From NCBI GenBank assembly GCA_963740315.1, contig CAVUDP010000002.1, forward strand, positions 1,248,001-1,312,000: a stretch of DNA of 64,000 bases. Direction: 5' to 3'. The notes below the pieces were generated by a model. That model was not told where the DNA came from and searched no databases. It saw only the letters and a list, made by a program, of their open reading frames with translations. Numbering within the stretch: position 1 is the stretch's first letter; the number at the start of each line of letters is the position of its first letter. The DNA comes from an uncultured cyanobacterium. GTDB lineage: Bacteria; Cyanobacteriota; Cyanobacteriia; Cyanobacteriales; Nostocaceae. Of the stretch, positions 1 to 9,793 are shown piece after piece. A program made the translations under genes and the position numbers.

Positions 1-1800
1 TAATAATGGAGTTACAATTATGTGACATTCTATGTCTTTGCCTCTGCGATTCCTTGCATTTAATACTATTTCGTGGTTGGAAGTCTCTTGATTAATAATT
101 GCTTTTAATGGCTGTCTAAGTTTTTCGATGGGTAAACCGATATCCAAACTCATAAAGTGCTGGGAAAAAACTTCCTCAAACCGCAATCCCCACAAGTCTT
201 CTGCTTTACGATTCCAAATTAATATATGCAGTTCCGGATTCAGAACAATTACTCCAGAACGTATACTTGTTAAAATAGATTCTAAAAAACAGTTAACGCG
301 ATTTAGTTCGTCACTATTATCGCGCATTTCTTCGTTCATTGTCTGCAATTCTTCGTTGGTAGATTGCAGTTCTTCGTTCATTGTTTCTAACTCTTCGTTA
401 GTTGATTGAAGTTCTTCGTTGGTGGTTTCTAATTCTTCTACCGTTGATTGAAGTTCTTCGTTGGTGGTTTCTAATTCTTCGTTGGTAGATTGAAGTTCTT
501 CATAAGCGGTTTCTAATTCTTGGTTAGTATGGACTAATTCTTGTTGCAAATATTTAAAGCGCGTCACATCGGTAAAGACAATTTTAACTCCAAGTAATTC
601 ATCCGTACTTTCATTAAGCAACGGCATAATTTGTACATCGAGATATTTGGTTTCGCGTTCGGGATTTGACCATTCTATGTCTTTTAAAGAAATAGCACGG
701 CGATTGCTATGAACTTGGTCGATTGGCGATCGCAATTCTACAGGGCGATAGGAAATTTCTAAATCTTGTAAGGGGCGACCGATATCTCTAGGATTAATAC
801 TAAATATACTGCGGGCTTTTGCATTAGCTAAAATAACAATGCTATTAAGGTCTACAATTATTTGGACAATTGGATCTGTCTCGAATATTGCTTCATAAAT
901 GCGATCGTGATTCCCGTTTTCGGTAACTTGTTGTTGGCTATTATTTGAGTAGCCCATTCCCATCAACATTTGCCGAAAGTTGCCATTAGGAACTTTATGA
1001 AACACTCTTCTGCGTAAATCGACGGGTGAAAATAGATGGTTGCGGCTAAACAACATTTCGGCTTTACCTAAAAACAAGAAACTGCCGTGATTCAAAGCAA
1101 AGTGAAAGCGATCCAAAATTTTACTTTGGGTTTCGCTATTAAAATACATCAAAGTATTGCGGCATATCAAAAAGTCTATTCTTGATATAGGCGCATCCTG
1201 TACTAAATCGTGGCGACCAAAAATAACCCCGCGACGCAATTCTTTTTGAACGCTGAAGCGATCGTTTATGCGTTCAAAATACTTTTCAAGTATGGGTGAG
1301 GGGATGTTCTCGACTTGTTTAGTAGTGTAATTTGCCTGACGAGCGTAGCCCAGAGCCTCCATATCTACATCTGTAGCAAAGACTTTGACTCGCTCGGTGT
1401 ATTCTTGCATACCCAAAGCCTCCGCCAGCAAAATAGCTATCGTGTAGGTTTCTTCACCGGAAGCACAGCCAGCACTCCAGATCCGAATTGGTTTACTAGA
1501 GTTTTTATTAGCAAGAATTGTCGGAATAATTTCACTGGCGATATATTCCCAAGCTTGTGGTTCTCGGAAGAAAGCGGTGACGTTAATTAAAATTGTATTG
1601 AATAACTCAACAAACTCGTTTGGGTGAACTTCCAAGTAATCGAGATATTCAGCGTAGCTTTCCATACTAATTGTTTGCATCCGCTTGCGAATGCGACGAG
1701 TTAAACTACTACGTTTGTAGCCGCTAAAATCAAAGCCACGGTTGCCTTTGATGTATTGCAATAAATTTTCTAAATCGGGGTTTTCTGGCGTATTAGTCAA
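1..1800 (-). CDS. cheR: CheR-type SAM methyltransferase with PAS and coiled-coil domains (3' end runs off window)
   Basis: Not in ORF track. Manual translation from TTG at 1800 (GGAGG upstream): ..RGFDFSGYKRSSLTRRIRKRM..IWSAGCASGEETY..LICRNTLMYF..FLFLGKAE, then repeated EELQSTNEELETT. Confidence 0.85.
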   Translation of the reverse strand, partial: MTNTPENPDLENLLQYIKGNRGFDFSGYKRSSLTRRIRKRMQTISMESYAEYLDYLEVHPNEFVELFNTILINVTAFFREPQAWEYIASEIIPTILANKNSSKPIRIWSAGCASGEETYTIAILLAEALGMQEYTERVKVFATDVDMEALGYARQANYTTKQVENIPSPILEKYFERINDRFSVQKELRRGVIFGRHDLVQDAPISRIDFLICRNTLMYFNSETQSKILDRFHFALNHGSFLFLGKAEMLFSRNHLFSPVDLRRRVFHKVPNGNFRQMLMGMGYSNNSQQQVTENGNHDRIYEAIFETDPIVQIIVDLNSIVILANAKARSIFSINPRDIGRPLQDLEISYRPVELRSPIDQVHSNRRAISLKDIEWSNPERETKYLDVQIMPLLNESTDELLGVKIVFTDVTRFKYLQQELVHTNQELETAYEELQSTNEELETTNEELQSTVEELETTNEELQSTNEELETMNEELQSTNEELQTMNEEMRDNSDELNRVNCFLESILTSIRSGVIVLNPELHILIWNRKAEDLWGLRFEEVFSQHFMSLDIGLPIEKLRQPLKAIINQETSNHEIVLNARNRRGKDIECHIIVTPLL

Positions 1801-1956
1801 AATAATATCCTCCCCCAAGAATATAAATAGGACAGGAAATTCTTATATTATTACTTGCTGCGAACAATTTTACTACCTGTAGCTTTGATTAATTAGGAAT
1901 TTATTCGTTTGTAATAAAATATTATTTTTGTAAAAACGGAAGTGAATTTCGGAGCA

Positions 1957-2055
1957 AACCTAACCCCTAATCCCTTCCCTACGATGGAAGGGGGACAGGA
2001 AAATAGTGAATTCAGCAGCCTCTTTCCTTGCAGGAGAGAGGTTTGGAGAGAGGTT
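1957..2055. repeat. Cyanobacterial dispersed palindromic repeat (CCTAACCCC..CCCTTCCC..GGAAGGGG..GGAGAGAGGTT)
   Basis: Nested short inverted repeats in intergenic DNA. Confidence 0.55.
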
Positions 2056-2095
2056 CATAGTTATTTCCTTTTCAGACATTATCTTACTCAGAATG

Positions 2096-3133
2096 CTAAA
2101 CCGGCTTTTCTTCAGTATTCGCATTTCCTATAATTAACGTTTCTCGGATCACATTGGCACGAGCAAGAGCGTCTTCGGCTTGTTCTTGCAATCGTTCTGC
2201 GGCTAATAATTGATTGCGTTCGCGCATTCTTTTCGCCATGCGTTTTGTTAAAGAAGCTTTCTCTTCTAGAGCGCGGAGGGCAAACCACAGCGCATCTTCT
2301 AAAGCGTCTGATTGCTTTGCGAGCAAGCTTTCCAAGGAATAAGCATGACCGATACGACATCGAAAGCGCAACAAATTAGCTTGTTCTAATTCCCACAAAG
2401 TACCGCCGCAGTCGGGACAGCCAAAAGTAGAAGGTTTACCCGCCCTGTCATCCTTGCTTAGAATTTCTATATTCATATCCGCCAAATCGGTTTCGATTTC
2501 CATCTGATGGGAAACGGGTTTTTCTGCTTTGCCTTCGACAGGGGTATTAACTAGTTCTACTAATACCTGGGGAATCTTCGACAAGGGCAGAATATAGTCA
2601 ATATCGTTTACATTCTCAATAGCGCTGCGAGGCATTCCCGGATATATTGCATCATCCGGGCTTTGCACGATCGCCATACCATCGCGCATTTTTACAGCCT
2701 GGAGTCCCGCAGTACCATCATCAAGTACCCCCGTAAGCACTACCCCTATAACTCGGCTTCCGTAAGCCCGCGCCGCACTGCGAAATAAAGGATCGATCGC
2801 CGGACGATGATTATTTTCTCTGGGTCCCCGCATCAAGGTAATATATCCGGGTTTGACCAATAAATGATAGTCCGGTGGAGCAATATAAATACGTCCCGTA
2901 ACAATTTCTTCGTTATTTTTGGGATGCAAAGCTAGTAATGTTTCAGCCCGGTTAAGAATTCTCGGTAAAACGCTTGTCGCGTGGCTGGGTACGTGTAAAA
3001 CCACCATTAGAGCAGCATCTAAATCCAGCGGCAAATGATGAACTAAATAAGAAAGCGCTTCTACTCCACCTGCCGACGTACCAATCACGATGATATTTCT
3101 TTTATTTATAATTTCTCCTTTTTTATGCAGCAT
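2096..3133 (-). CDS. cheB: CheB methylesterase domain with C-terminal CPDC..CRIGH region
   Basis: GTSAGG, VLH, HRPAIDPLFRSAA, LTGVLDDG motifs; C-terminal CPDCGGTLW..FRCRIGH. Confidence 0.88.
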   Translation of the reverse strand: MLHKKGEIINKRNIIVIGTSAGGVEALSYLVHHLPLDLDAALMVVLHVPSHATSVLPRILNRAETLLALHPKNNEEIVTGRIYIAPPDYHLLVKPGYITLMRGPRENNHRPAIDPLFRSAARAYGSRVIGVVLTGVLDDGTAGLQAVKMRDGMAIVQSPDDAIYPGMPRSAIENVNDIDYILPLSKIPQVLVELVNTPVEGKAEKPVSHQMEIETDLADMNIEILSKDDRAGKPSTFGCPDCGGTLWELEQANLLRFRCRIGHAYSLESLLAKQSDALEDALWFALRALEEKASLTKRMAKRMRERNQLLAAERLQEQAEDALARANVIRETLIIGNANTEEKPV

Positions 3134-3204
3134 TATCAGCTACTCCATACTATTAATATTAATGTCTCGACGTTGCACTGCAACGTCTTTAGTTGCGGAT
3201 TTCA

Positions 3205-3789
3205 CTACCGTCGCACGACTAAATCCATTAAAGAGCGGGCAATAGATTCAAGAGGCACGACAAAATCAACATCACCAGTTTTAATTGCAGCATCTGGCAT
3301 ACTAAAAAACTCGCAATTAACTTTATCTTGAACGATAACGATACCACCCATTTTCTTGATCTCTTTTACCCCCGCAGCGCCATCTCCATCCATCCCAGTC
3401 AAAACAATAGCGATGCATTTTTCCTTAAAACTAGCTGCAACCGACTTAAATAATACATCTCCAGCAGGGCGAGTAAAATTCACTTTTTCTGAGTGAGACA
3501 AAGACAAACAACCATCCGCATCTACTAACAGATGTAAATCTGGTGGAGCAATATAAACCTTACCCGGACATATTTGATCTCCTGCTTGCGCCTGCTTCAC
3601 AGATAACGAAGTTTGCTTATTCAAAATTTCCGCCATCATACTGTGGTGTTTGGGGTATAGGTGTTGTGCGATCGCGATCGGTGCGGGGAAATCATCGGGC
3701 AATCTTGATAAAATTTCGTTAATAGCATTCAGCCCTCCAGCCGATGCCGTAATTACTACTATATAATTTTGATTATCTTCGCTTTTCAT
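3205..3789 (-). CDS. cheB: Stand-alone CheB methylesterase domain protein
   Basis: TASAGG, AQH, RPAGDVLFKS, LTGMDGDGA, SMP motifs. Confidence 0.88.
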   Translation of the reverse strand: MKSEDNQNYIVVITASAGGLNAINEILSRLPDDFPAPIAIAQHLYPKHHSMMAEILNKQTSLSVKQAQAGDQICPGKVYIAPPDLHLLVDADGCLSLSHSEKVNFTRPAGDVLFKSVAASFKEKCIAIVLTGMDGDGAAGVKEIKKMGGIVIVQDKVNCEFFSMPDAAIKTGDVDFVVPLESIARSLMDLVVRR

Positions 3790-3831
3790 TTCTAATTATT
3801 AGTGGCGTTAATTTAATAACTTTCTTGCTTA

Positions 3832-3956
3832 AAAAGATGTTTTCCAAGCGTTTTTAACATAATTCTCGGATTTTCCCCCTTCCCCCCTTTCATAAAGGGG
3901 ATTTAGGGGGATCTCAAAAGTTTCGAGTTGTATTTATAGCTGGATAAACATCCTCT
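3832..3956. mobile_element. MITE-like element, related to the copy at 16258-16408
   Basis: Imperfect terminal inverted repeats (AAAAGATGTTT/AAACATCCTCT); internal AATTCTCGGATT..CCCCCTTCCCCCCTT..TTAGGGGGATCT shared with second copy. Confidence 0.55.
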
Positions 3957-4027
3957 TTGAATTACACCGGCAAAGCAATTTTAAATTTAAAATTATTTTA
4001 AACTTTTTTCAAGATTAATTAAAAAAA

Positions 4028-4154
4028 ATGACCCAATTCGATTCTGATGAAAATGATTCTGTTATTTCTAAATGGCAGGAAAAAATAAAAATCGCTAACC
4101 GTAACAACATTTTTTGTCATTGTCGAAATTGTAACAACGAATGGGTTGATTCAT
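4028..4154 (+). pseudogene. 5' part of small Cys-rich (Zn-ribbon-like) gene disrupted by the IscB element
   Basis: ATG at 4028 reads MTQFDSDENDSVISKWQEKIKIANRNNIFCHCRNCNNEWVDS then stops at the element junction; joins in frame to 5763-5839. Confidence 0.8.
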
Positions 4155-5762
4155 AAAAAAATCTCGGTAGTAAGGATGCCCCAGTCTATTTATAGCTGGG
4201 AGGAAAAACGCCCCGCGTGGTTTTAACCACCGTGGTATTTTTAATTTGCATAACCATAACCATCTTTTTTGTGAATTGCTGAACAATATTTGTAACTAAT
4301 CCCTTGAATTAATCCATTCTTTGTTGAGATATTAAAACTACCAGTCGTTCTTACTGCTACACGTCCTATATATGTTCCTATTTTCTTCCCCGAAGTAACT
4401 ATTGCTTTAACAATATCTCCAGTTTGATACCCATTGATAAATTTAAACCTGGGAACGTATCTAGAAGGAAACCCATATTTATCAGTTCTACATGACTGCC
4501 GAGAACCGTGTCCGGTAGCTGTAATTAGTAATGGTTTAATACTTTTAATATTTAATTTTGGAGTCGATTTTCCAACACAAGCTGCGTCAATCCAGTGGGT
4601 TTTTTCTAATTTTTGTTGACTACGATTGAACTTTGTTAAACCTCCTGAACCCGTTTCTATAGGTAATCCAGTTTCTTTTAAAACTTTAAATAATGCCCAT
4701 CGAGTAGTATTAACTGCCGCTGCATCTACCAATGGTCGTTTAGATTGCTTCAAAATTTTTTCTAATCTAGCTGGGTCTTTTTTAAGAAAATCTTTAATGT
4801 CTTTAGTTCCTTTTTTGGTATTACATTTCTCACAACTTAAGGTCAAATTTGTAATTGAATTACTACCACCTTTAGCTCTAGGTTGAATATGTTCTACCTG
4901 TAACGGAACGCCTTTAACCTCACAGTAAGCACATTGTCTTGCCCATTTTTCTAGCAAATATTCTCTGGTTTCGTAACCAGCAAGTGTACCTTGTTGATAT
5001 TCTTTACCTTTGACATCTGGGTTAGTCATTAGTTGCATATCAAAGCGTACAAGTTCTTGACTAATCGCATTAATTGATGCGAGTTTACGCAATTTTTCAA
5101 CCCAAGTTTTAATATTTTCAATTCGACTTTGTAAACTTGGTGCTAACCATCCATCTGGACGAGTTCGGTTTAAAAATCTTGGTTTTCTATAACGAGTTTT
5201 TCTTGCACGTCTAGAACGCCTTAATTGTCTTCTAGATGTTAAAGCATCTCGAATTGCAAAACCTCTATGCTTTAATTCAGCAGCAAATACAACTTCTCCG
5301 GTTGAATCATTAACCAAGGCTAAACCCGTAAATTTCGCTCCGGGATCTATTTTTAATCTAAGTGGTGAAACTGTTTTATCGGGTTTTGATTCCTTAAGAA
5401 TAATGGTAAATGGGAAGCGTCGATAAATTGCCGCTTTTTTGTTTCTTAATAATTGTCTTGCTTGTGCGCTATGTATTGGATCTAATGGTTTTCTGTTTGT
5501 GTCTAATACGAGTGTTTTGGACATAAGTCCCTCCATTGCTGGGTAATGTTAGCTTCGTCAATGTTTTAAGAGCTTTTTAGATTTGCAACACTGTTTCAGT
5601 GACTTTAAAACTGTTTAATTGCAAATGATAGAGCGGAAAACTAGCTTCGCATCTTCCGGTATCGTGACCCAAAAAACGTAGTCAGTTAAGACTTAGACTG
5701 GTCAGTATAGCTTGTTCGACTTTTCTTACAAGCTCAATCCCCGTATTGGTTGAGTTACTGAC
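4155..5762 (-). mobile_element. IS200/IS605-superfamily IscB (OMEGA/HEARO) element, no tnpA
   Basis: Begins GTCAG at 5762 (- strand); subterminal hairpin CCCAGCTATAAATAGACTGGG near the other end, then ATGA; removal restores an intact ORF; no target duplication. Confidence 0.85.
4241..5524 (-). CDS. iscB: RNA-guided endonuclease IscB (PLMP, split RuvC, HNH)
   Basis: KPLDP, LKIDPG (RuvC-I), RRQLRRSRR bridge helix, QELVRFD (RuvC-II), CAYC..EHIQP..GGSN..CEKCN (HNH), HWIDA (RuvC-III). Start set at 5524 because GGAGGG precedes it. Confidence 0.93.
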   Translation of the reverse strand: MSKTLVLDTNRKPLDPIHSAQARQLLRNKKAAIYRRFPFTIILKESKPDKTVSPLRLKIDPGAKFTGLALVNDSTGEVVFAAELKHRGFAIRDALTSRRQLRRSRRARKTRYRKPRFLNRTRPDGWLAPSLQSRIENIKTWVEKLRKLASINAISQELVRFDMQLMTNPDVKGKEYQQGTLAGYETREYLLEKWARQCAYCEVKGVPLQVEHIQPRAKGGSNSITNLTLSCEKCNTKKGTKDIKDFLKKDPARLEKILKQSKRPLVDAAAVNTTRWALFKVLKETGLPIETGSGGLTKFNRSQQKLEKTHWIDAACVGKSTPKLNIKSIKPLLITATGHGSRQSCRTDKYGFPSRYVPRFKFINGYQTGDIVKAIVTSGKKIGTYIGRVAVRTTGSFNISTKNGLIQGISYKYCSAIHKKDGYGYAN

Positions 5763-5782
5763 CCTTTGATGCAACTTGTAGT
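5535..5782 (-). ncRNA. omegaRNA (HEARO-like): scaffold ~5762-5535 plus 5' guide ~5782-5763
   Basis: GTCAGTA..TACTGAC stem, AGCTTGT..ACAAGCT hairpin, GACTACG, TGC..CTAGT..CTCT and AACATTGACGAAG..TTACC motifs directly upstream of iscB; both ends estimated. Confidence 0.8.
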
Positions 5783-5839
5783 AACTGCGGTAGCGTTAAT
5801 ATCGAACGAATTTCCTGCTGGCAGTTTCCAGATGGTTGA
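5763..5839 (+). pseudogene. 3' part of the IscB-disrupted Cys-rich gene
   Basis: Reads (S)FDATCSNCGSVNIERISCWQFPDG* in frame with 4028-4154. Confidence 0.8.
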
Positions 5840-5983
5840 ATTTTATTTTAAGATAATTATCTAGAAACCCGGAATATGCCGATCGCACAACGATAAAATA
5901 GTGGTTATATCAAGAGAAACTTTCAATCAGAAACCCGGCTTTTTCCAAAAAACCGGGTTTAAAATCAATTAAAGTTAATTCGA

Positions 5984-6712
5984 TTAGCGAAGAGTATCAT
6001 CTCTCTTATCAACAATTTCTACCACATCGCGATCGACTACCGTTTTTCTATCAACTACATCTCTATCTACAACTCTTTCCCGATTGACTACATCTACTTC
6101 TTTTTCAACAACGGGAGTAGCGGGAGCAGCGGGAGCAGCTGGAGCGACGGGAGTTGGGTTAGCACCACCTTCAGGAATAGCTGCGTCAAAGATTTTCCAA
6201 TTACCAATATTGTTACTACTTAAAACAGAACCCGCACGGTCTATTTCATCTTCATAACCATCTACAATTAACAAGTAGTAACCGTTATTGATGTGACCTT
6301 CGTAATGTTTGGCATCCTCTTCCGGAATACCCATACCAGTCAGCCCACCGATAATACCACCTGTCGCCGCACCTAAACCAGCACCAGCCAAAGTAGTTGC
6401 GATCGTTCCTGCTGCTAGAAAAGGTCCAATTCCAGGAATTAATAATTCATTCAAACCTAAAAGTAAACCGCCCAAACCACCTAAAACAGTACCAGTGGTA
6501 GCACCAATTCCAGCACCTTCTTGAGCTTCATTTTCACCGCGTTCGTTCTTTACATCAGCACCAGCAATGTTTTCATTGCCGTCTGCATTTTTCGCCAACA
6601 GAGAAACTTTATCCATTGAAAAGCCAGAATCTCTGAGTTTGTAAAGCGCCTTTTCTGCATCACCTCGGCTAGCAAATGTACCGACTGCACGCTTATAATT
6701 TCTACTTACCAT
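5984..6712 (-). CDS. General stress protein-like glycine-zipper membrane protein
   Basis: RAVGTF..DAEKAL..GF, GAGIGATTG..IPGIGPFLAAG, GMGIPEEDAKHY. Confidence 0.7.
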   Translation of the reverse strand: MVSRNYKRAVGTFASRGDAEKALYKLRDSGFSMDKVSLLAKNADGNENIAGADVKNERGENEAQEGAGIGATTGTVLGGLGGLLLGLNELLIPGIGPFLAAGTIATTLAGAGLGAATGGIIGGLTGMGIPEEDAKHYEGHINNGYYLLIVDGYEDEIDRAGSVLSSNNIGNWKIFDAAIPEGGANPTPVAPAAPAAPATPVVEKEVDVVNRERVVDRDVVDRKTVVDRDVVEIVDKRDDTLR

Positions 6713-7184
6713 GTTTTCTCCTTGTGTAACAATATCTATCTATTTAAATCAGCTTTCACAGTAATACTTTGTGTCGAAACTCCCATCAAAAAAAATCAGC
6801 AATTAGTAATTTTTTTTAAAGTTTGCGCCACAAAGTTACGCAAAAAAAGATGCTGAATTTCAAGTCAAAATCGTCAAATCTTTTTATAACCCCGAATTTA
6901 TATATAAGGTTACGATTGATTGCAAATTACAGATTAATTTGACAGGTTTTTTTTCAACTGATTTTCTCTTTCACAGTGTGTCCTATGCAATTCAAAAATT
7001 CATCACCCTTTAGGTTTACCTTTTTTATATTTTTATCCGTCAAAAGAAGGGTTGTATAGTCCATTCAAACTGATATCTTGCATCATTCGCTATTAGCTTA
7101 AATACCCATCTCGGTTGGGAATTCCAAGAAACCAAAAACAAAGTACGTTAAATATATAGCGAGTAAGATATATAGCGAGTGAGA

Positions 7185-7314
7185 TAAGTAGGTGGGTACA
7201 AATAAATATAATATGCTCCGTCATTGCGAGGAACGAAGCAATCCCAGTCGTTGCGATTGCTTCGTCGTTCCTCCTCGCAATGACATCTTACATTTAATTA
7301 CGCCAACCTACTTA
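7185..7314. mobile_element. MITE-like element carrying a nested REP-like palindrome (7220-7284)
   Basis: Termini TAAGTAGGTGGG / CCAACCTACTTA; internal GTCATTGCGAG..GAAGCAATC..GATTGCTTC..CTCGCAATGAC. Confidence 0.6.
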
Positions 7315-7422
7315 TATGGCAAGCAAAACATATAGCGAGCAAGATGCGATCACTACGAGATATATATTTTTTATATTTTTTTAAATTAGGATGCTCCCCT
7401 CCTAACTCCTAACTCCTAACTC

Positions 7423-9291
7423 CTAACTCCTAACTTGTTGCTGATTCCGCATCCTTTCTGGGCTACCTGTGGGAATAGATGCAATCAATTTTTGAGTGTA
7501 TTCTTGTTTTGGTTGGCGGTAAATTTCTTGTGCGTTGCCACTTTCTACGATTTCACCGCGATTCATTACTAAAATTCTGTCGCTGATAAATTTAACTACA
7601 CTCAAATCGTGAGAAATAAAGATGTAGGTTAATTCAAATTCATCCTGCAATTCTTTGAGCAGATTCAATACTTGCGCTTGTACCGATACATCTAAAGCGG
7701 AAACCGATTCATCACAAATTATAAACTTGGGATTCAAGGCTAGGGAACGGGCAATACAAACTCGCTGACGTTGCCCCCCAGAAAATTGGTGCGGATAACG
7801 GCTCATTGCATCAGCACTCAATCCTACTCTTTCTAATAAATAAGCTGCTCGTTGTTGTCGTTCTTTTTTATTCTTGCCGATGGAGTGAATTACTAAGGGT
7901 TCCATTACCGCATCTCCTACTTTCATGCGCGAATCTAAGGCGCTAAAAGGGTTTTGGAAGATGATTTGCATTTCTCGACGCAGGTTTTGCAACGTTTTTC
8001 CTTTGAGTTTGGTGATGTCTCTTCCTTCAAAAATTACTTCACCGCTCAAAGGTTCTACCAATCGCAATAAACTTCTACCAAGAGTTGTTTTACCGCAACC
8101 GGATTCTCCTACTAATCCCAAAGTTTCGCCTTTTTGCACTTCAAAGGAAACGTTATTCACAGCCATAAAATGCCGTTTTGTACCGCCGAACATTCCTTTG
8201 ATGGGATAGCCAACATTCAAATTACGGATTTGCAACAGCGATTGTTGTTTTTCTAATGTTGCTAATCTTTGAGCAATTTCTGCGGAAGTTACTTCTGGGG
8301 GTTGTGCTGGTTGTTTTTCCGTAATTACTACATCACCAGTAGTTGTTTCTTCTACATTCATGTAGTCGGAAACTGTCAGCAATCTTTGGGGATGACGATC
8401 TAAACTCGGACGACAAGCAAGCAAACCTTTAGTATAAGGATGTTGGGGATTTGTAAATATTTGTCTTGCCTCACCTTGTTCGACGACTTTCCCCTTGTAC
8501 ATTACCGCTACGTTATCGGCAATTTCCGCAATTAATCCCAAATCGTGGGTAATAAAAATCATCGCCATGTCGCGCTTTTGCTGCAATTCTCCCAACAAAT
8601 CGATTATTGTCGCTTGTACGGTTACGTCTAAAGCGGTGGTGGGTTCATCTGCAATTAGTAGCAATGGGTTACACGAAATCGCCATTGCAATCATCACTCT
8701 TTGTAATTGTCCCCCAGAAAGTTGATGGGGAAAACGTTCTAATATTGCTTCTTTATGTTGTTTTACTAGAGAAGGAAGTTCTTGCTCGTTTAGGGTTTTT
8801 GGCGATGTTTCAATCAAATTTTGACGAATTTGCTCGTCACTCGGAAGAAGTTTTACTTCCTGCAAACTATCGATCGCTTTTTGACGTGCTTCTGTTTGAG
8901 AAATATTTTGATGTCGTAAAATTGCTTCTGTTAGCTGAAAACCAACGTTATAAACCGGGTTGAGCGAACTCATCGGCTCTTGAAAAATCATCGCAATATC
9001 GCCACCCCGGTGGAGTTGTAGCTCAGAAGGCGGTAACTCTACTAAGTTCAATGCTTCCCCATTTTCTTGGGGACGAAACCAAATCTCACCGTTACTAATT
9101 TTACCAGGATTCTGCAACAAACCCATGACAGCAAGGGATGTAACAGATTTACCGCTCCCCGACTCCCCTACTATCCCTAAAGTTTCTCCTCTATGCAATT
9201 GGAAAGAGATTCCATTTACTGCCTTGACAACGTTACCATCATCGGAGAATTCAACTTGCAGATTGCGAACGTCTAGGACTGTTTCTCTCAT
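7423..9291 (-). CDS. Peptide/nickel-type ABC transporter ATP-binding protein with two ATPase domains
   Basis: GESGSGKS and GESGCGKT Walker A, LSGGQ/FSGGQ, DEPTTALD/DESVSALD, HPYT. Confidence 0.92.
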   Translation of the reverse strand: MRETVLDVRNLQVEFSDDGNVVKAVNGISFQLHRGETLGIVGESGSGKSVTSLAVMGLLQNPGKISNGEIWFRPQENGEALNLVELPPSELQLHRGGDIAMIFQEPMSSLNPVYNVGFQLTEAILRHQNISQTEARQKAIDSLQEVKLLPSDEQIRQNLIETSPKTLNEQELPSLVKQHKEAILERFPHQLSGGQLQRVMIAMAISCNPLLLIADEPTTALDVTVQATIIDLLGELQQKRDMAMIFITHDLGLIAEIADNVAVMYKGKVVEQGEARQIFTNPQHPYTKGLLACRPSLDRHPQRLLTVSDYMNVEETTTGDVVITEKQPAQPPEVTSAEIAQRLATLEKQQSLLQIRNLNVGYPIKGMFGGTKRHFMAVNNVSFEVQKGETLGLVGESGCGKTTLGRSLLRLVEPLSGEVIFEGRDITKLKGKTLQNLRREMQIIFQNPFSALDSRMKVGDAVMEPLVIHSIGKNKKERQQRAAYLLERVGLSADAMSRYPHQFSGGQRQRVCIARSLALNPKFIICDESVSALDVSVQAQVLNLLKELQDEFELTYIFISHDLSVVKFISDRILVMNRGEIVESGNAQEIYRQPKQEYTQKLIASIPTGSPERMRNQQQVRS

Positions 9292-9793
9292 GGAAGTCGG
9301 GTAGATTCTTAATTTGAATTAACTTTAAATTAATTGGATTTTAACAGCAGATTTCGATTTGTCAGTAGTAAAAGCAATTTTTTTTGATTTTTACATCTGA
9401 AAACAGCAAAATTGCTCAAACAAATATTTATTTTTTATGAAAAATACTATATATAGGTTATAGCAAATGTTGCAACGGATACAGTAACAAATGTCACAAA
9501 TGTTTGATTTGTTAAATTAATGTAAAGAGACGCGATTCTCTGGTTACTAGTTCCCAGACTGCAATCTTTACCTTCAGATGTTCTGGTTTGGAGCGATCGC
9601 ATTTAAGTAATTTCTTTTCGCTCAGCCGCGATTACCGATACAATTTCTTCTCTTCCTACTCCCTACTCCCTCAAATAAGTAATCTTTCACCGAGATAAGA
9701 GTAATTTGAACAAAATAATTAAATATAGATGGATAATTATTTGTTACGACATTGAATGAAGACGTTGCAGTGCAACGTCTCTACATTGGGTAA

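Noticed and set aside
335..535. Periodic 21/42-bp repeats resembling an array
   Set aside because: They encode the EELQSTNEELETT coiled coil of the CheR protein
4095..4286. 63-aa ORF spanning the IS end, and other short antisense ORFs inside long genes
   Set aside because: Shadow ORFs with no recognisable motifs
4241..5536. Cas9 or CRISPR locus
   Set aside because: Too small, has a PLMP-type N-terminus, and no array or cas1/cas2 is present; fits IscB
9468..9483. NtcA-like site TGTATCCGTTGCAACA (- strand) upstream of the peptide ABC ATPase
   Set aside because: One mismatch to GTA-N8-TAC in AT-rich DNA; not supportable alone
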